Assembly (NCBI RefSeq): GCF_006345805.1
Contig: NC_043004.1
Span: forward strand, 44,640,001-44,704,000
From: Octopus sinensis
Taxonomy: Eukaryota
Direction: 5' to 3'
DNA length: 64,000 bases
Shown: piece after piece, positions 48,921-61,601 of the stretch
Numbering within the stretch: position 1 is the stretch's first letter
Layout: each line of letters starts with the position of its first letter
Translations under genes and position numbers: made by a program
Notes under the pieces: model-generated
Told to the model about the DNA's origin: nothing
Databases searched by the model: none
What the model saw: only the letters and a program-made list of their open reading frames with translations

Positions 48921-51326
48921 CAAATGTAATATTTTATAATTGACTCTCAGAAATGGAATAATTCCGAATCAATTTTCCGCTTCTATAATCTGAGCTTATT
49001 TTAATTTATCGTTTTTTTTTGTTTGTTTTTTTGTTTATTCGTCATTTCACCTTTTTTATATTTATTTCAAGTTTTATTGTACTTTATTGTTTTCGTTTGA
49101 TTATCAACAGCTTCTTTCCGTTTTGAAGAAGAAAGTCAGAGTGTGTGACGTCTGTATTTTTCACTTTAAACATCTCTCTACTTCTCTTCAATCAGTCTGT
49201 GTTCCAGATTTACCTCCCTTGTTTTTCCTTGGCAATATTTAATATACAGTTATCGAGTTTTCTCTTCATCGCTGACGTACTGTGTATTAGTTTATATTAT
49301 TTAAAGGGGAGATTATATCAACTGTTTGTTTTCTTGATACAGAAGCAGCATTAATATGCCCCAATATCGTCATTTCATACTATCATTGGGGTTAGTAGGT
49401 TCAATTATTAGTGCATCGGTCAAAACAATTTTCGTCATTTCTTCTGACTCTTTAAGTTCTGAGATCAAATCTCGCCGAGAGCAACAGTGTATCTCATCCT
49501 TTCAGGGTCGACTAAATATGATACCAGTTAAATCACTGGTGTCAACTAAACATTCCATTAAAAACTGTTGCACATTTCCCTAAAATTTGATACAATTATT
49601 TCCTGTTGCCAGATCACTGAATTATTTTCCTTCAAAATATCTCATGATTATTTCGATCATTTTCGAAAAACTGATAAATATGTTCCGAGAAAATGTAATA
49701 AAACTGAAGTACATCTAACCCTAGTTACTCAAAATTAGTTTCACTGAATACATTAATTCGGTTTCTTTTCAGTTTCTGTATTGGAATTCTCTCCCTTGTC
49801 TTCAGTGAGAAGAATTATCATTGAACCTTTTGATTTCTTACTTGTGTAATATATATTGGTTAATATTTATTCTCGCCTCACTACATAATGTATGCTAGAT
49901 ACCATCTAGCTATTCTGAATTTGTTGTTATTTATCACCAGGTAACTCTCGATACAGGAATCTATAACGAAAATTAGTTTCAGACATTCTATTCAAATTTT
50001 TCCTTTTTATTGTGCTTTTCCTTTTCTTTATATCTGGAAGCGAGTGAGATTCGGCTACTAACTAGAACACTGAGGTATAGGATGACCAATCATTCACCTA
50101 TAGAAGAACCGCACCTGATACACCCCCCCACACACACACACGGACACACACAAACAAACAAACAAATACGTACACATACACACGCACACGGACGTATATA
50201 TTTACGTATATATATTCTTTTACTCATTTCTGTTGTTTGACTGCACACGGACATGTATATATTTTCGTATATATATGTATTCTTTTATTCATTTCTGTTT
50301 TAGTGTGCTGACTTTAGATGGGTAAATCGACCGTTTCAAGTCAGGTACATATCATATCGATTCCATCTGCCGAAAAGTCAATTTACAGGAACGTGGATAA
50401 ACTAACACCGAAGTGGTTTGTGGCCAAATACGTAGAGAGTTACAGACACACTCACACACAAACTAAATTCACTGGCAAGGCACCCAGGCATTTTACTGGC
50501 TACCTCTCTCTCGTCGTCTGTAGGATTGTGCTTCTCTAAGGAACGATTATTGTCTTCTACCGATGGCTTCCGTTTCATCAATCGGCCAAAATAATATACA
50601 GTAATAACCTTGATTTTATTAAATTTATTTCGAGTCTAAATCAGATTTCACCAAATCTGCCGATAAATTAAGTACAATTTTGTACAAAATCAAGTACAAT
50701 TTGATAAATTAAATACAATGATCTGTCGATTCTATTAATATTCCAGACTTTGAAGCAATGATCCACAGTAGCAACCATTATATTTTTTTCTTATAGGAAT
50801 TGAAAACTATTCTGTAAACACTTATAGCAAGATCAATAAGTAATGGGATTTTTTTAAGTGTGACATTGAACACACTGTGTATGCTTAATACATTTTGGGT
50901 CAAATTTGTGATTGAAGCAATCTCTTTTCCAACTGAGATTTCAAAATTGTATGCTCAAAGAAATATTCTAACTTCACAGGGTTTTATAAAACCTTTGTCT
51001 ATCCTGATTCCGCAGAATTGCCGAGAAGTTCCACCGATGGCAATCAAGCATTTTTTCGGACATGTATGAAATGTCTCTAAAAAAGGGTCAAAAATATATT
51101 TTACTTTATCTGGCACCTCATTGCACCCTTATAACTGAGAGTTCGTTATACAAACACCCCTCGTTGTTACATGATTTGAAGGAGAGTTAACTGCTGCAAC
51201 TAGCAAGATGATCTTTAACGTTGAGGCTCCGTTGTCTATTTACTTTCACACTTTCAGCAATTGTAATATACAGCCTTATTGGAGCGCCGGTCAAGGATTC
51301 GTTGCTGCATCCAGTTCTATAGACAT

Positions 51327-51418
51327 CGTTAGCAACAAACAAGATGGGGACAAATATCCGTCAATTGTAAATAATGTAAATAATGTACATAATTCCTCAT
51401 CTCTTAAATATAGAACTG
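51327..51418 (+). mobile_element. 3' terminal fragment of SINE family D
   Basis: cgttagcaacaaacaagatggggacaaatatccgtcaattgtaaataatgtaaat matches the minus strand of about 44560-44613 with about 3 differences. Confidence 0.8.
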
Positions 51419-51701
51419 TATTACCGTTATAATTGAAGTACACACATTAGCTAGATTAACTTCACAATTCATAGTATTGTGGGTGACATAGATATGTACC
51501 ATTAAAATGTTGAGCTATTTAATTTTATCAACTTATCTTCATACCTGAAAATTAATGTCAACTCCACCGCACTCAAGCAGTAACTTTCACAACATAGTCA
51601 CAGCAATAAGACTATATTCATTTATGGTGAGAATGTAATTAGGAACAACAACATATATATTAATCCATTATTAAAGTATCTATTTATTTTTAATATGTAT
51701 T

Positions 51702-51932
51702 TTTGTTGTTTGTTCCTTCTCGAGCCGTGCCTGGCTCATAAGGGCCGGTTTCCCGGTTTCTTGGCGTATAGGCTCTCCATCTGGACGGGACACCGGTCCG
51801 TCGTAGGTGAGCTGCAAGATGCAGGAGGAAAGAGTGAGAGAAAGTTGTGGCGAAAGAATCAGCAGAAGTTTCGCCATTACCTTCTGCCTCGACCGTGAGG
51901 CCGCTGCTCTAACCACTAGGCCATGTGCCTCC
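51702..51932 (-). mobile_element. SINE family C with about 75-bp internal deletion; 12-bp TSD
   Basis: TSD ttaatatgtatt at 51690-51701 and 51933-51944. It lacks the segment equivalent to 59819-59893, including the B box. Confidence 0.9.
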
Positions 51933-52565
51933 TTAATATGTATTAGATGAATGTATCTGAAAAAAAAGTGAAATAATAAGAATTAAAAATTGCATTTTTA
52001 TGCGTTTTACTTTTGTAAGTATTTAAGAATATTACAATAAATATATTGTTATACTTGAGGGTAGTCCTATTTTGCCAATTAAAAACACACACTATATACT
52101 TGGATGTCTCTTCAGCTTTATATTATTATTTTAGTGTCTTTTTCGTTACACATCCTGTGAACCACATCAGCGACTCTCTATCCTACGTGTCTCCTCCTGT
52201 TCTTCTTATATTTTCACTAAAAACAACAAAATATATTCTTTTATGCAAAATGCATAATTTCTTCAGATTGCAATTAAAGGTTTGAAAAGCTGCAGCTTAA
52301 TAAAGCCCTGATCTTAACTATAGACACACAACAGTGCTTTTAAGCTACTACTTTTGATCGTTCGAATGAGAGCCTCGAAACCTATTGATTCTCATAATTC
52401 AATGGTTCTCACTGAATTATGAGAGTTATGAATCAGGGTCTAACTGGTCCTTGGGGGTCCACATAGGATTTTGTTGTTGAAAGCTAAGTGCAAGAAATTG
52501 GTCATACTTCTACAATACACAAAATATTTCAACAATTTTGCATACAATTTCTAATAATATTTGAC

Positions 52566-52740
52566 TAGGCGCAGGAGTGGCTGTGTGGTAATAGCTTGCT
52601 TACCAGCCACATACTTCCGAGTCCAGTCCCACTGCGTGGCACATTGGGCAAGTGTCTTCTACTATAGCCTCATGCCGACCAAAGCCTTGTGAGTGGATTT
52701 GGTAGACGGAAACTGAAAGAAGCCTGTCGTATATGTGTGT

Positions 52741-52775
<35 letters not shown>

Positions 52776-53005
52776 GTGTGTGTGTGTGTATGTTTGTGTG
52801 TCTGTGTTTCTCTTCCCACCAACATCACTTGACAACCGATGCTGGTGTGTTTACGTCCCTGTAATTTAGCGGTTCGACAAAAGAGACCAATAGAATAAGT
52901 ACTAGGCTAACAAAGAATAAGTCCTGGGGTCGGTTTGCTCGACTAAAGGCAGTGCTCCAGCATGGCCGCAGTGAAATGGCTGAAACAAGTAAAAGAGTAA
53001 AAGAG
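52566..53005 (+). mobile_element. SINE family A, full length
   Basis: taggcgcaggagtggctgtgtgg ... aagtaaaagagtaaaagag. Confidence 0.92.
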
Positions 53006-53086
53006 CATAACTATACAAAGGGATTTTATTTTAGCATCAAATGTTTATGGGGGTCCTGTAGAGTAACTAAAATAAAATCAAAGGGG

Positions 53087-53466
53087 TAGGCGCAGGAGTG
53101 GCTGTGTGGTACGTAGCTTGCTTACCAACCACATGGTTCCAGGTTCGTTCCCACTGCGTGGCACCTTGGGCAAGTGTCTTCTACTATAGCCTCGAGCTGA
53201 CCAAAGCCTTGTGAGTGGATTTGGTAGACAGAAACTGAAAGAAGCCCGTCGTATATAGGTATATATATATATGTATGTGTGTGTATATGTTTGTGTCTGT
53301 GTTTGTCCCCGCAACATCGCTTGGCAACCGATGCTGGTGTTCATAGCAGTTCAGCAAAAGAGACCAACGTATAAGTCCTGAGGTCGATTTGCTCAACTAA
53401 AGGCGGTGTTCCAGCATGACCACAGTCAAAAGACTGAAACAAGTAAAAGAGTAATAGAGTAAAAGA
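53087..53466 (+). mobile_element. SINE family A with small internal deletions
   Basis: Same head and tail as 52566-53005. The ttacgtccctgtaattt and actaggctaacaaagaataag segments are missing. Confidence 0.9.
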
Positions 53467-54017
53467 GGTTAAAAAATAGATGTGAACCACTAGCCTAATT
53501 GCTATATTGTCAGTGTAACATGAAATCGGACCCAGTATGCAGAAAGTTTCAGCTCCCGCTTACGCTAGTATATATGATCTACAACATTGCTTGCCAATAA
53601 ATGCGAAATATATTTTATTTCTTATATATATTTTTTCCTTGATCGCTAAATTGCATTATCCACTGAAATACGGTCGATTTAATACTCAATCATTCATGCA
53701 TGACTGGTTTCTGGTACATAGTTTACTGATTTCGATGGTATGGGAATGGAAAATGTCAAGTCTAAGCCATCATTTGAACACACATCATGAAATGTCGGGA
53801 CTAAATACAGTAAAGTAATTATTTCTCCGCTCCTACTTACCATTTGTTTCAACTCATTGGTTTTCAAAGGCAAAACAGTTAAACTAGTGATTTTCTTTGT
53901 GTGTCTGTGTGTGTATTATCTGTGGGCTTATTTATATATATATGTGTACACCTTATGTGTTTATATTGTTTTGTACGTATATGTTTGTTTGTGGTGTTTG
54001 TGGTTGTGTGTATGTAC

Positions 54018-54075
<58 letters not shown>

Positions 54076-54251
54076 GTACTTGGAGAATAAGAACGGAACG
54101 AAACGAACGAATCGAATCGAATCGACGCGAGGGCGCTGTCAAACAATAGTGTAATAAATAAAATATATGCTTACATACATATATATATATATATGTGTGT
54201 GTGTGTGGTGTGTGTGTGTATATGTACACATACATATGTGTGTATATATAT

Positions 54252-54579
54252 ATGGCTCAGTGATTAGAGCGTCGAGCTTACGATTGTGAGATTGTGAGCT
54301 CGAATCCAGGAGCGGGCTGCGTGTTGTGTTCTTGAGCAAGACACTTTATTTCACGTTGCTCTATTTCACTCAGCTATAGAAATGAGTCGCGACGTCACTG
54401 GTGCCAAGCTGTATCAGCCTTTGCCTCTCTCTTGGATAACACTGGTGACGTGGAGAGGGGAGGCCGGTATGCATGGGTGACTGCTGGTCTTCCATAAACA
54501 ACCTTGCCCGGACTTGTGTCTCGGAGGGTAACTTTCTAGATACAATCCCATGGTCAGTGTCATGACCGAAGGGGGTCTC
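54252..54579 (+). mobile_element. tRNA-derived SINE, family E, nearly full length
   Basis: A box tggctcagtga, B-box-like gctcgaatcc, ttcttgagcaagacactttatttcacgttgct core, 3' end gaccgaagggggtctc. Confidence 0.85.
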
Positions 54580-54581
54580 AG

Positions 54582-55596
54582 ATGTATGTATGTATGTATG
54601 TATGTATGCATGTATGCATGTATGTATGTATGTATGCATGTATGTATGTATGTATGTATGTATGTATGCATGTATGTATGTATGTATGTATGTATGCATG
54701 TATGCATGTATGTATGTATGTATGTATGTATGTATGTATGTATGTATGCATGTATGTATGTATGTATGTATGCATGTATGCATGTATGCATGTATGTATG
54801 TATGTATGTATGTATGCATGTATGTATGTATGTATGTATGTATGTATGTATGCATGTATGTATGTATGTATGTATGTATGTATGTATGCATGTATGCATG
54901 TATGTATGTATGCATGTATGTATGTATGTATGTATGTATGTATGTATGCATGTATGTATGTATGTATGTATGTATGTATGTATGTATGCATGTATGCATG
55001 TATGTATGTATGTATGTATGTATGTATGTATGTATGCATGTATGCATGTATGTATGTATGTATGTATGCATGTATGTATGTATGTATGTATGTATGTATG
55101 TATGTATGTATGCATGTATGTATGTATGTATGTATGTATGTATGTATGTATGTATGCATGTATGTATGTATGTATGTATGTATGTATGTATGTATGTATG
55201 CATGTATGTATGTTTGTATGTATGTATGTATGTATGTATGTATGTATGTATGCATGTATGTATGTATGTATGTATGTATGTATGTATGTATGCATGTATG
55301 TATGTTTGTATGTATGTATGTATGTTTATATGTATGTATGTATGTATGTATGTATGCATGTATGCATGCATGTATGTATGTATATATGTATGTATGTATG
55401 CATGTATGTATGTATGCATGTATGTATGTATGCATGTATGTATGTATGTATGTATGTATGTATGTATGTATATATGTATGTATGTATGCATGCATGTATG
55501 TATGTATGCATGTATGTATGTATGTATGTATGTATGTATGTATGTATGTATGTATGTATGTATGTATGTATGCATGTATGTATGTATGCATGTATG
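54582..55596 (+). repeat. About 1-kb (TATG)n array punctuated by CATG variant units
   Basis: Direct read. It explains all 293-401 aa ORFs at 54370-55717. Confidence 0.97.
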
Positions 55597-56443
55597 TTTG
55601 TGCCTGTGTTTGTGTGTGCATATTATTCAAAACACACACGAACCATGTTTTATTAGCTTTTGTTATATGTATTCTTCGTGTCTTACAGTGTCTAGGAAAA
55701 GCATTATGATTTTTTAAAACTTCACTGTATTGTCTTCAGAATAATGATATTGTTGTTATTGCGAAATCATAAGCTTGATCTGACTGTAGAAATTCTAGAA
55801 GTGAATTCCCATCTTTTTTTAATGACAATATATCAAAGACTAAGGTAAGGTTTGATGCTTTCGCTACTATTTCTGACAAATAGGGCTATCACTTAGGGAT
55901 CACTAAGAATCATTACCAATTCAAGTAAGTTATAACTGACTCGATATAATCCTTGATTTTAAAAAGTTTTCGATACATGGCACGCGTCATAACTCCCTAA
56001 ATTCTCTGTCTTCACCCCACATTAACCCAATCACGTGTTTACATCATATTCCTCCCTGTCTATTACCTAAAATCGCTTAACTATCTCCTTTGTATACGGC
56101 AGGATCTCTTACACTCGTACATAATATTGTGAGTTAAAAAAAAAATTCATTCAAGTGAAATTACACGATTAATTTGTACACAAATTCTCTTCTAAGGCTG
56201 CAAGCAATTAACAAATTTAAAACAAGAGAGACAACTCTATTCAGATCACTTGATTGAAATTTTATTCACAGTATAGTCGGTGCAAGAGAAAACACACATA
56301 CACACACACACAACACACACGCACGCACGCACACAAATACATATAAATATATGCATGTCTATATGTACATACATGTATATCTATATATAATGTGTATATT
56401 TACTTTTATGTATGTATGTACACACACACACACCTACATACAT

Positions 56444-56477
<34 letters not shown>

Positions 56478-56479
56478 GG

Positions 56480-57000
56480 TAAACAGTAAAAAAATTACAG
56501 ACATGGACAAGACATGAAACACCACAGAGACGACACAAGAACCACAGGACGGGACATTCGAAGCCCTCAGTCTCAGTCAAGAACCAGATCATCTTAGCAA
56601 TTTCGGCTGATTAATCTTGAGATTGCTCCGATATGGCCAGCCCGCCAAGGGAAATCTAAGCAAAGCGCATTAGATCCCCTGGAAGAAAGCTTCGAATGTA
56701 TACAACAAGAGGACGAAAACGAAACGAAGTACACGAACAAAAATACAGAATACGTGACACCAATAAGAATACAAAAACGTAAAAACAATAACGGTGTAAA
56801 AAATAAAAAATAAACAACAAAACAAAACCAGGACGTAGGACAAGGGTCTTTCGACAGGACGAGTGAGTATGGGGCTGGCTTGTGAAGTTGTGCCTAATGG
56901 CCGCAGGGAGACGAACAAATACGTGTTGCTTCTGCGACTGCTGGAACGAAAAAGAGCGCTCAACAGCGGCTAGCGGTCACGTGAGAACAAAAGACAGGAG
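56480..57000 (-). mobile_element. Non-coding interspersed element next to (TA)n; family shared with 63550-63990 (possibly Penelope-related)
   Basis: Minus strand gctggccatatcggagcaatctcaagattaatcagccgaaattgctaagat matches the plus strand at 63846-63897 (gctggccagattggagcaatctcgagtataaccagccgaaattgcaaagat). gtcgaaaga is also shared. Confidence 0.6.
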
Positions 57001-57789
57001 AAAGGGACAGATGAAAAGAGAGAGAAGGTGGACATATATATATATATAATAAATATTATTTGAAGGAATAAAATCCAAACTTACAAGGAAAAGAATTCAA
57101 TTTAGAATTATTATTTTATACTTATTGTAATACGTTTTTATTATCATTTTTTGCAATTTACTTAATCTTTGACATTTTATTGTTATTTTAATTTTAATTT
57201 TTCTATTATATGTAATTTTCTAGATGGTTTAATTTAATTGTTCATTTTGAATTGATAAAAGGTGGGTTTTTTTCTAATTTTATATATATATATATAGCCA
57301 AATAGGCAAATGCAGTTATATCAAATATCTTTCAGCATAATTTTTTAAAATAATATTATCTCCAACCCGAGATGATGTGTAACAGATACGAAATGACAAT
57401 TAAGACCACCTCCATATGAGAAGGGGAAATAATCTTAAAACTGAAGTTTTTTTTCCAGAGATGACATGCTATTTAAGAATTAGGCATGCCTATTATTTTG
57501 AGTAAAGTGAGGAGTCGCGGACGTATTTCTGTCTCGATAAGCGTCACCAGCAGGAACATTTTCTTTTACCTACCTTCGGGGGATATAGACATGTAGACAC
57601 ATTTGTAATCAAGGAAATTTCAATAAAATAAATAAAACTGAACAGAGGAAAACGCTTCGAAGTAATATATATGTATGTGTCAATGAATGTATGTACATAT
57701 ATGCACACACAAATAAACACACACACACGCCCACCACACACGCACATACACACCACACACACACACACACACACACGTATGCCTTGGAT

Positions 57790-58235
57790 ATATGCTGTGA
57801 TTTGTATTAGTGTTGGATTTCTTTCTATCTCGAAACTGTTTTACGTAGGATGTGTGCTGTACCTAGCAGTGCTATTTTCTGTATGCTATATATATTCATA
57901 AATGCTCGTGTTTTGGTTATGTGTTTATTTGTATGATTTTTAACTATACTTAGTGCATATTTAGTGCACGTATTATTATAGGGATTATTTCTGTCTTCAG
58001 CTCTCACATTCGGGTTATTTATATTTCAAAGTCTTTGTATTCCGTTTCTTATAGAGATACATTGTCCTCTGCTGGGACTGATACATTTATTAGAAGACAT
58101 CACTTTTCGTGGTTGTCCCTAACAATAATATCTGACATATTAGTCTTGATCCTTCTGTCAGTGTGTATGAGCATATCCCGAAGAATAGCTGCCTTGTCAG
58201 TATATGAGACATTTTCCAGGATATACATTATCTTT
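57790..58235 (-). mobile_element. R4/Dong-clade non-LTR retrotransposon 3' fragment (restriction-like endonuclease domain)
   Basis: Minus frames read ILRDMLIHTDRRIKTNMSDIIVRD..K*CLLINVSVP.EDNVSL...EYKDFEI and IQKIALLGTAHILRKTV, i.e. a degenerate RPD...D..(P)...KY..L RLE motif plus the R4-type C-terminus. Confidence 0.82.
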
Positions 58236-58249
58236 TAGCTTTTACCTAT

Positions 58250-58617
58250 TCCAGTCATTTTACTGCAGCCATGCAGCCATATGCAAATTGCCCCCCCCCC
58301 AGGGCTTTTGTTAAGCCTATTACTTATTCTATCGCTCTCTTTTGCCGAACCGGTAATTTACGGTAACTTAAACACACCAACACCGGTTGTCAAGTGGTGG
58401 TGGAAAGCAAACACAGACACAAAGGCAGAGGTATACTTACACACACACACAAACACACACACACACAATCGTGTGTGCGTATATATGTGTGTGTGTGTTT
58501 GTGATGGGCTTCTTTAAATTTTCGTCTACCAAATCCATTCACAAGATTTTGGTCGGGCCAAGTCTATAGTAGAAGACATTGCTCAAGATCCCACGCAGTG
58601 GGCCTGAACCCGGAACC
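58250..58617 (-). mobile_element. SINE family A, degraded
   Basis: tacttattctatcg..tcttttgccgaaccg; cgtctaccaaatccattcacaag; cacgcagtgggcctgaacccggaacc. Confidence 0.8.
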
Positions 58618-58915
58618 GATTTTGATCATTCCTAGTACTATTGTATCATTGGTATTCTAACTGTCTTATGACATCACATTTTTTTTTTCGACTTCAATGA
58701 GCAAATCTTCATATTTTCTGACCTTGTCAAATTCTTTTACCGAAATGTTAAGATCACACGCGATACTCATGTCAATCAATAAACGCACTATTACTTTGGA
58801 TTTTCACAATAACGTTCGGTTTATTTCATTTAATAGCTTTCTCTGTATATACAAGGAAGCCCCATAGAATCGTTACATTTTCTCCTTCAGTTACAGCCTA
58901 TGAGTTATACCTATA

Positions 58916-59419
58916 CGTGGGTGGGCTGAAATGTTCATAGTTTGACTATGAATGAGTAAAGCCAGAGCTGGGAAATCTTGCATGCATTAATTTCAATTAT
59001 TCCTATTAATAACTGCATTGTTTCTTTTCAGGTAAGCTGACATCTGACTCATGAAAGAAAACTTCAGTCGTAACTAGTAGCGACTTTTCTTGAAAGTAGA
59101 CAAAATTTGTCATTGTAGTGTTATCGGGTAGCTGCAGAATAAGGTTTAGTTCACAAGAATTTTCAGAGTGGTGACATAGTTGCTGTATTAGGGAGCGACA
59201 CTGCGAACCCGTAACACAGTGGCGATGACGTCATATCTGAAGTTTAGGACTCTTTTGACCAACACGATGAAAACTTCTTCACCAATGAAACCCAAACACG
59301 GCAACATTGATGGAAGAAGTGCATGGGCCGCAAGTGGGATTATATAGAAAAATAAACGCCATTCGGTCGCATTTCATGAGGATATCCTTGTCAGCCTAAG
59401 AAAGTTTCAGCTGACCTCA
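58916..59419 (+). mobile_element. Internally deleted mariner derivative of the 34962-36434 family; both TIRs and TA TSDs
   Basis: The 5' about 290 bp aligns to the minus strand of 36434-36220 and beyond. The 3' part reads DDVISEV...WKKCMGRKWDYIEK*. TIRs gtgggctgaaatgttcatag and ctaagaaagtttcagctgacctca. Confidence 0.85.
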
Positions 59420-59424
59420 TAACA

Positions 59425-59620
59425 AAATTTATGCGACGGCCGGAAGGCGTAGTACGAAGTCGAATAAAGGCGGAAAGCGATCAAATCTTTGAAGTAAAGG
59501 AACACGTCTACTTAGAGACCATGGTGGATATACATCGAGATATGGATACTGAAATATCAAAGAGATTAAGAGCAGGATCACAGGCATTTACCTTAATAAG
59601 CAATGTGCTCCATACAATGC
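59425..59620 (+). mobile_element. RTE-like LINE RT C-terminal fragment
   Basis: KFMR...FEVKEHVYLETMVDIHRDMDTEISKRLRAGSQAF resembles RTE (E.V..YVYLG..........EI.RR.RA.W.AF). Confidence 0.5.
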
Positions 59621-59627
59621 TATATAA

Positions 59628-59939
59628 TGTTGTTGTTGTTTGTTCCTTCTCGAGCCATGCCTGGCTCATAAGGGCCGGTTTCCCGGCTTCTTGGGGTATA
59701 GGTCCCCCACCTGGACGGGATACTGGTCCGTCGCAGATGAGCTGCTAGATGCAGGAGGAAAGAGTGAGAGTAAGTTGTGGCGAAAGAATCAGCAGAAGTT
59801 TTGCCCTTACCTTCTGCCGGGGCTGCGTAGAGCTTAGGTGTTTCACTCATAAACACAAACATCACCCGGTCTGAGATTCGAACCCGCGATCCCTCGACCG
59901 TGAGTCCGCTACTCTAACCACTAGGCCATGTGCCTCCAC
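59628..59939 (-). mobile_element. SINE family C, full length
   Basis: Reverse complement closely matches 11675-11975, with an (AAC)n tail. Confidence 0.9.
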
Positions 59940-60114
59940 TGAAGGTCACTGGTCATTGACGAAAGAGTTTTGATAAACCAAACTATTTATTTATTAATGT
60001 ACAAATTAATTAACTAATTATCTAATTAATTTGTTATTAAACTGAGGCGAAACACTGCCATTACATTTATTTTTAATTGGCTGCGTTACCTTCCCAAAGT
60101 ACAAATATACCCGT

Positions 60115-60509
60115 GAGTGTGCGTGCGTGTGTGTTGATGTGTGTGGGGGGGAATGGGTGTGTGTGCGTGTGTGTGAATGTGTGTGGGGGGGGAATGTGTG
60201 TGTGTGCGTGTGTGTGAATGTGTGTGGGGGGGAATGTGTGTGTGTGCGTGTGTGTGAATGTGTGTGGGGGGAGGAATGTGTGTGTGTGCGTGTGTGTGAA
60301 TGTGTGTGTGGGGTGGAATGTGTGTGTGTGCGTGCGTGTGTGTGAATGTGTGCGTGCGTGTGTGTGAATGTGTGCGTGCGTGTGTGTGAATGTGTGCGTG
60401 CGTGTGTGTGTGAATGTGTGCGTGCGTGCGAGGTGTGTGTGAATGTGTGCGTGCGTGCGTATGTCGGAATGTGTGCGTGCGTGTGTGTGAATATGTGTGG
60501 GGGGGGGGA

Positions 60510-60551
<42 letters not shown>

Positions 60552-60560
60552 ATGCGTATG
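60115..60560 (+). repeat. (GT)-derived minisatellite: about 40-bp units with G6-9 runs, then about 24-bp units
   Basis: Repeats of gtgtgcgtgtgtgtgaatgtgtgtggggggga, then tgtgtgaatgtgtgcgtgcg. Confidence 0.9.
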
Positions 60561-60975
60561 TGTGTGCTATTTTTGGTTTTCTTACTCTTAATATTTACTT
60601 ACGAAGCAACTCAGTGTCCGGCAATTGTTTCTCCTTCTGTTATCACTCATTGTTTTTTGTGTTTTTATTGTTATTGTTTGTCTTTGCTGGGTTTTGTTTT
60701 TTTCATTACCACCTACATGATATCCTCTTACATAAACCCCCACGCCTGTTGACGCCTCTCTTTCATCTACTGTCAGTATTGATCTTGTTATTGTTATTGT
60801 TCCTGTTGTTGTTGTTGTTGTTGTTGTTGTTCTGGCTGTTGCTTGGTTTGCTTTTTTCTGTGTGTGTGTGTATGCGTGTGTGTTACGACGATTATTACCG
60901 ATTCATCATGTAGTTCTATTATATTCACTATTTTTCAACCGCCATACAAAGAACTCTCTGTTTCCTTTCAGTCTC

Positions 60976-61015
<40 letters not shown>

Positions 61016-61350
61016 CTATCCTTCACTCTCTCATCTCATCTCCTCTTCTCTCTATGTATGTGTGTGTACGTGTATATGATATACACGCATATATGCACAT
61101 ATATACATATGCTTACATAGACATACACACATACATATAGTCTATTATATTGCATATGTTTCATTTTATGCGTTTCGCCCTCCACTTCCTCCCGACCTCC
61201 ATTTTTCTCATTCCCCTTCACATCCTTTCTTCCTCATACTCCCAACCATCATTTTTGTATCATACACACACGCCCCCTATATGCTCATAAACACTTACGC
61301 ATATGTCTGCACATACACACACACACACACATATACACAGATATACATAC

Positions 61351-61397
<47 letters not shown>

Positions 61398-61409
61398 CAT
61401 ACATACATT

Positions 61410-61452
<43 letters not shown>

Positions 61453-61564
61453 TATGCATATATATATATATATATACATACAGGTACATACGTATAATAT
61501 ATATGCGCATATGTGTGTGTGTTCATACATACATAATTTATCCTATTGAAATTGTTTGATTATT

Positions 61565-61601
<37 letters not shown>

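Larger units (their letters stand above)
52400..53492. mobile_element. Probable hAT-type MITE hosting two SINE insertions
   Basis: Ends caatggttctca and tgtgaaccacta resemble the Charlie-like TIR CAGTGGTTCTCAA. Flanks tcataatt and gcctaatt are a 6/8 match, consistent with a decayed 8-bp TSD. Internal gggggtcc blocks. Confidence 0.45.

Noticed and set aside
54370-55717. Six ORFs of 293-401 aa
   Set aside because: They are translations of the (TATG)n array (MYVC/HTYI repeats); stop-free only because the repeat lacks stop codons.
59365-59400. Degenerate RT FADD motif
   Set aside because: The sequence is the 3' UTR/TIR of the deleted mariner at 58916-59419.
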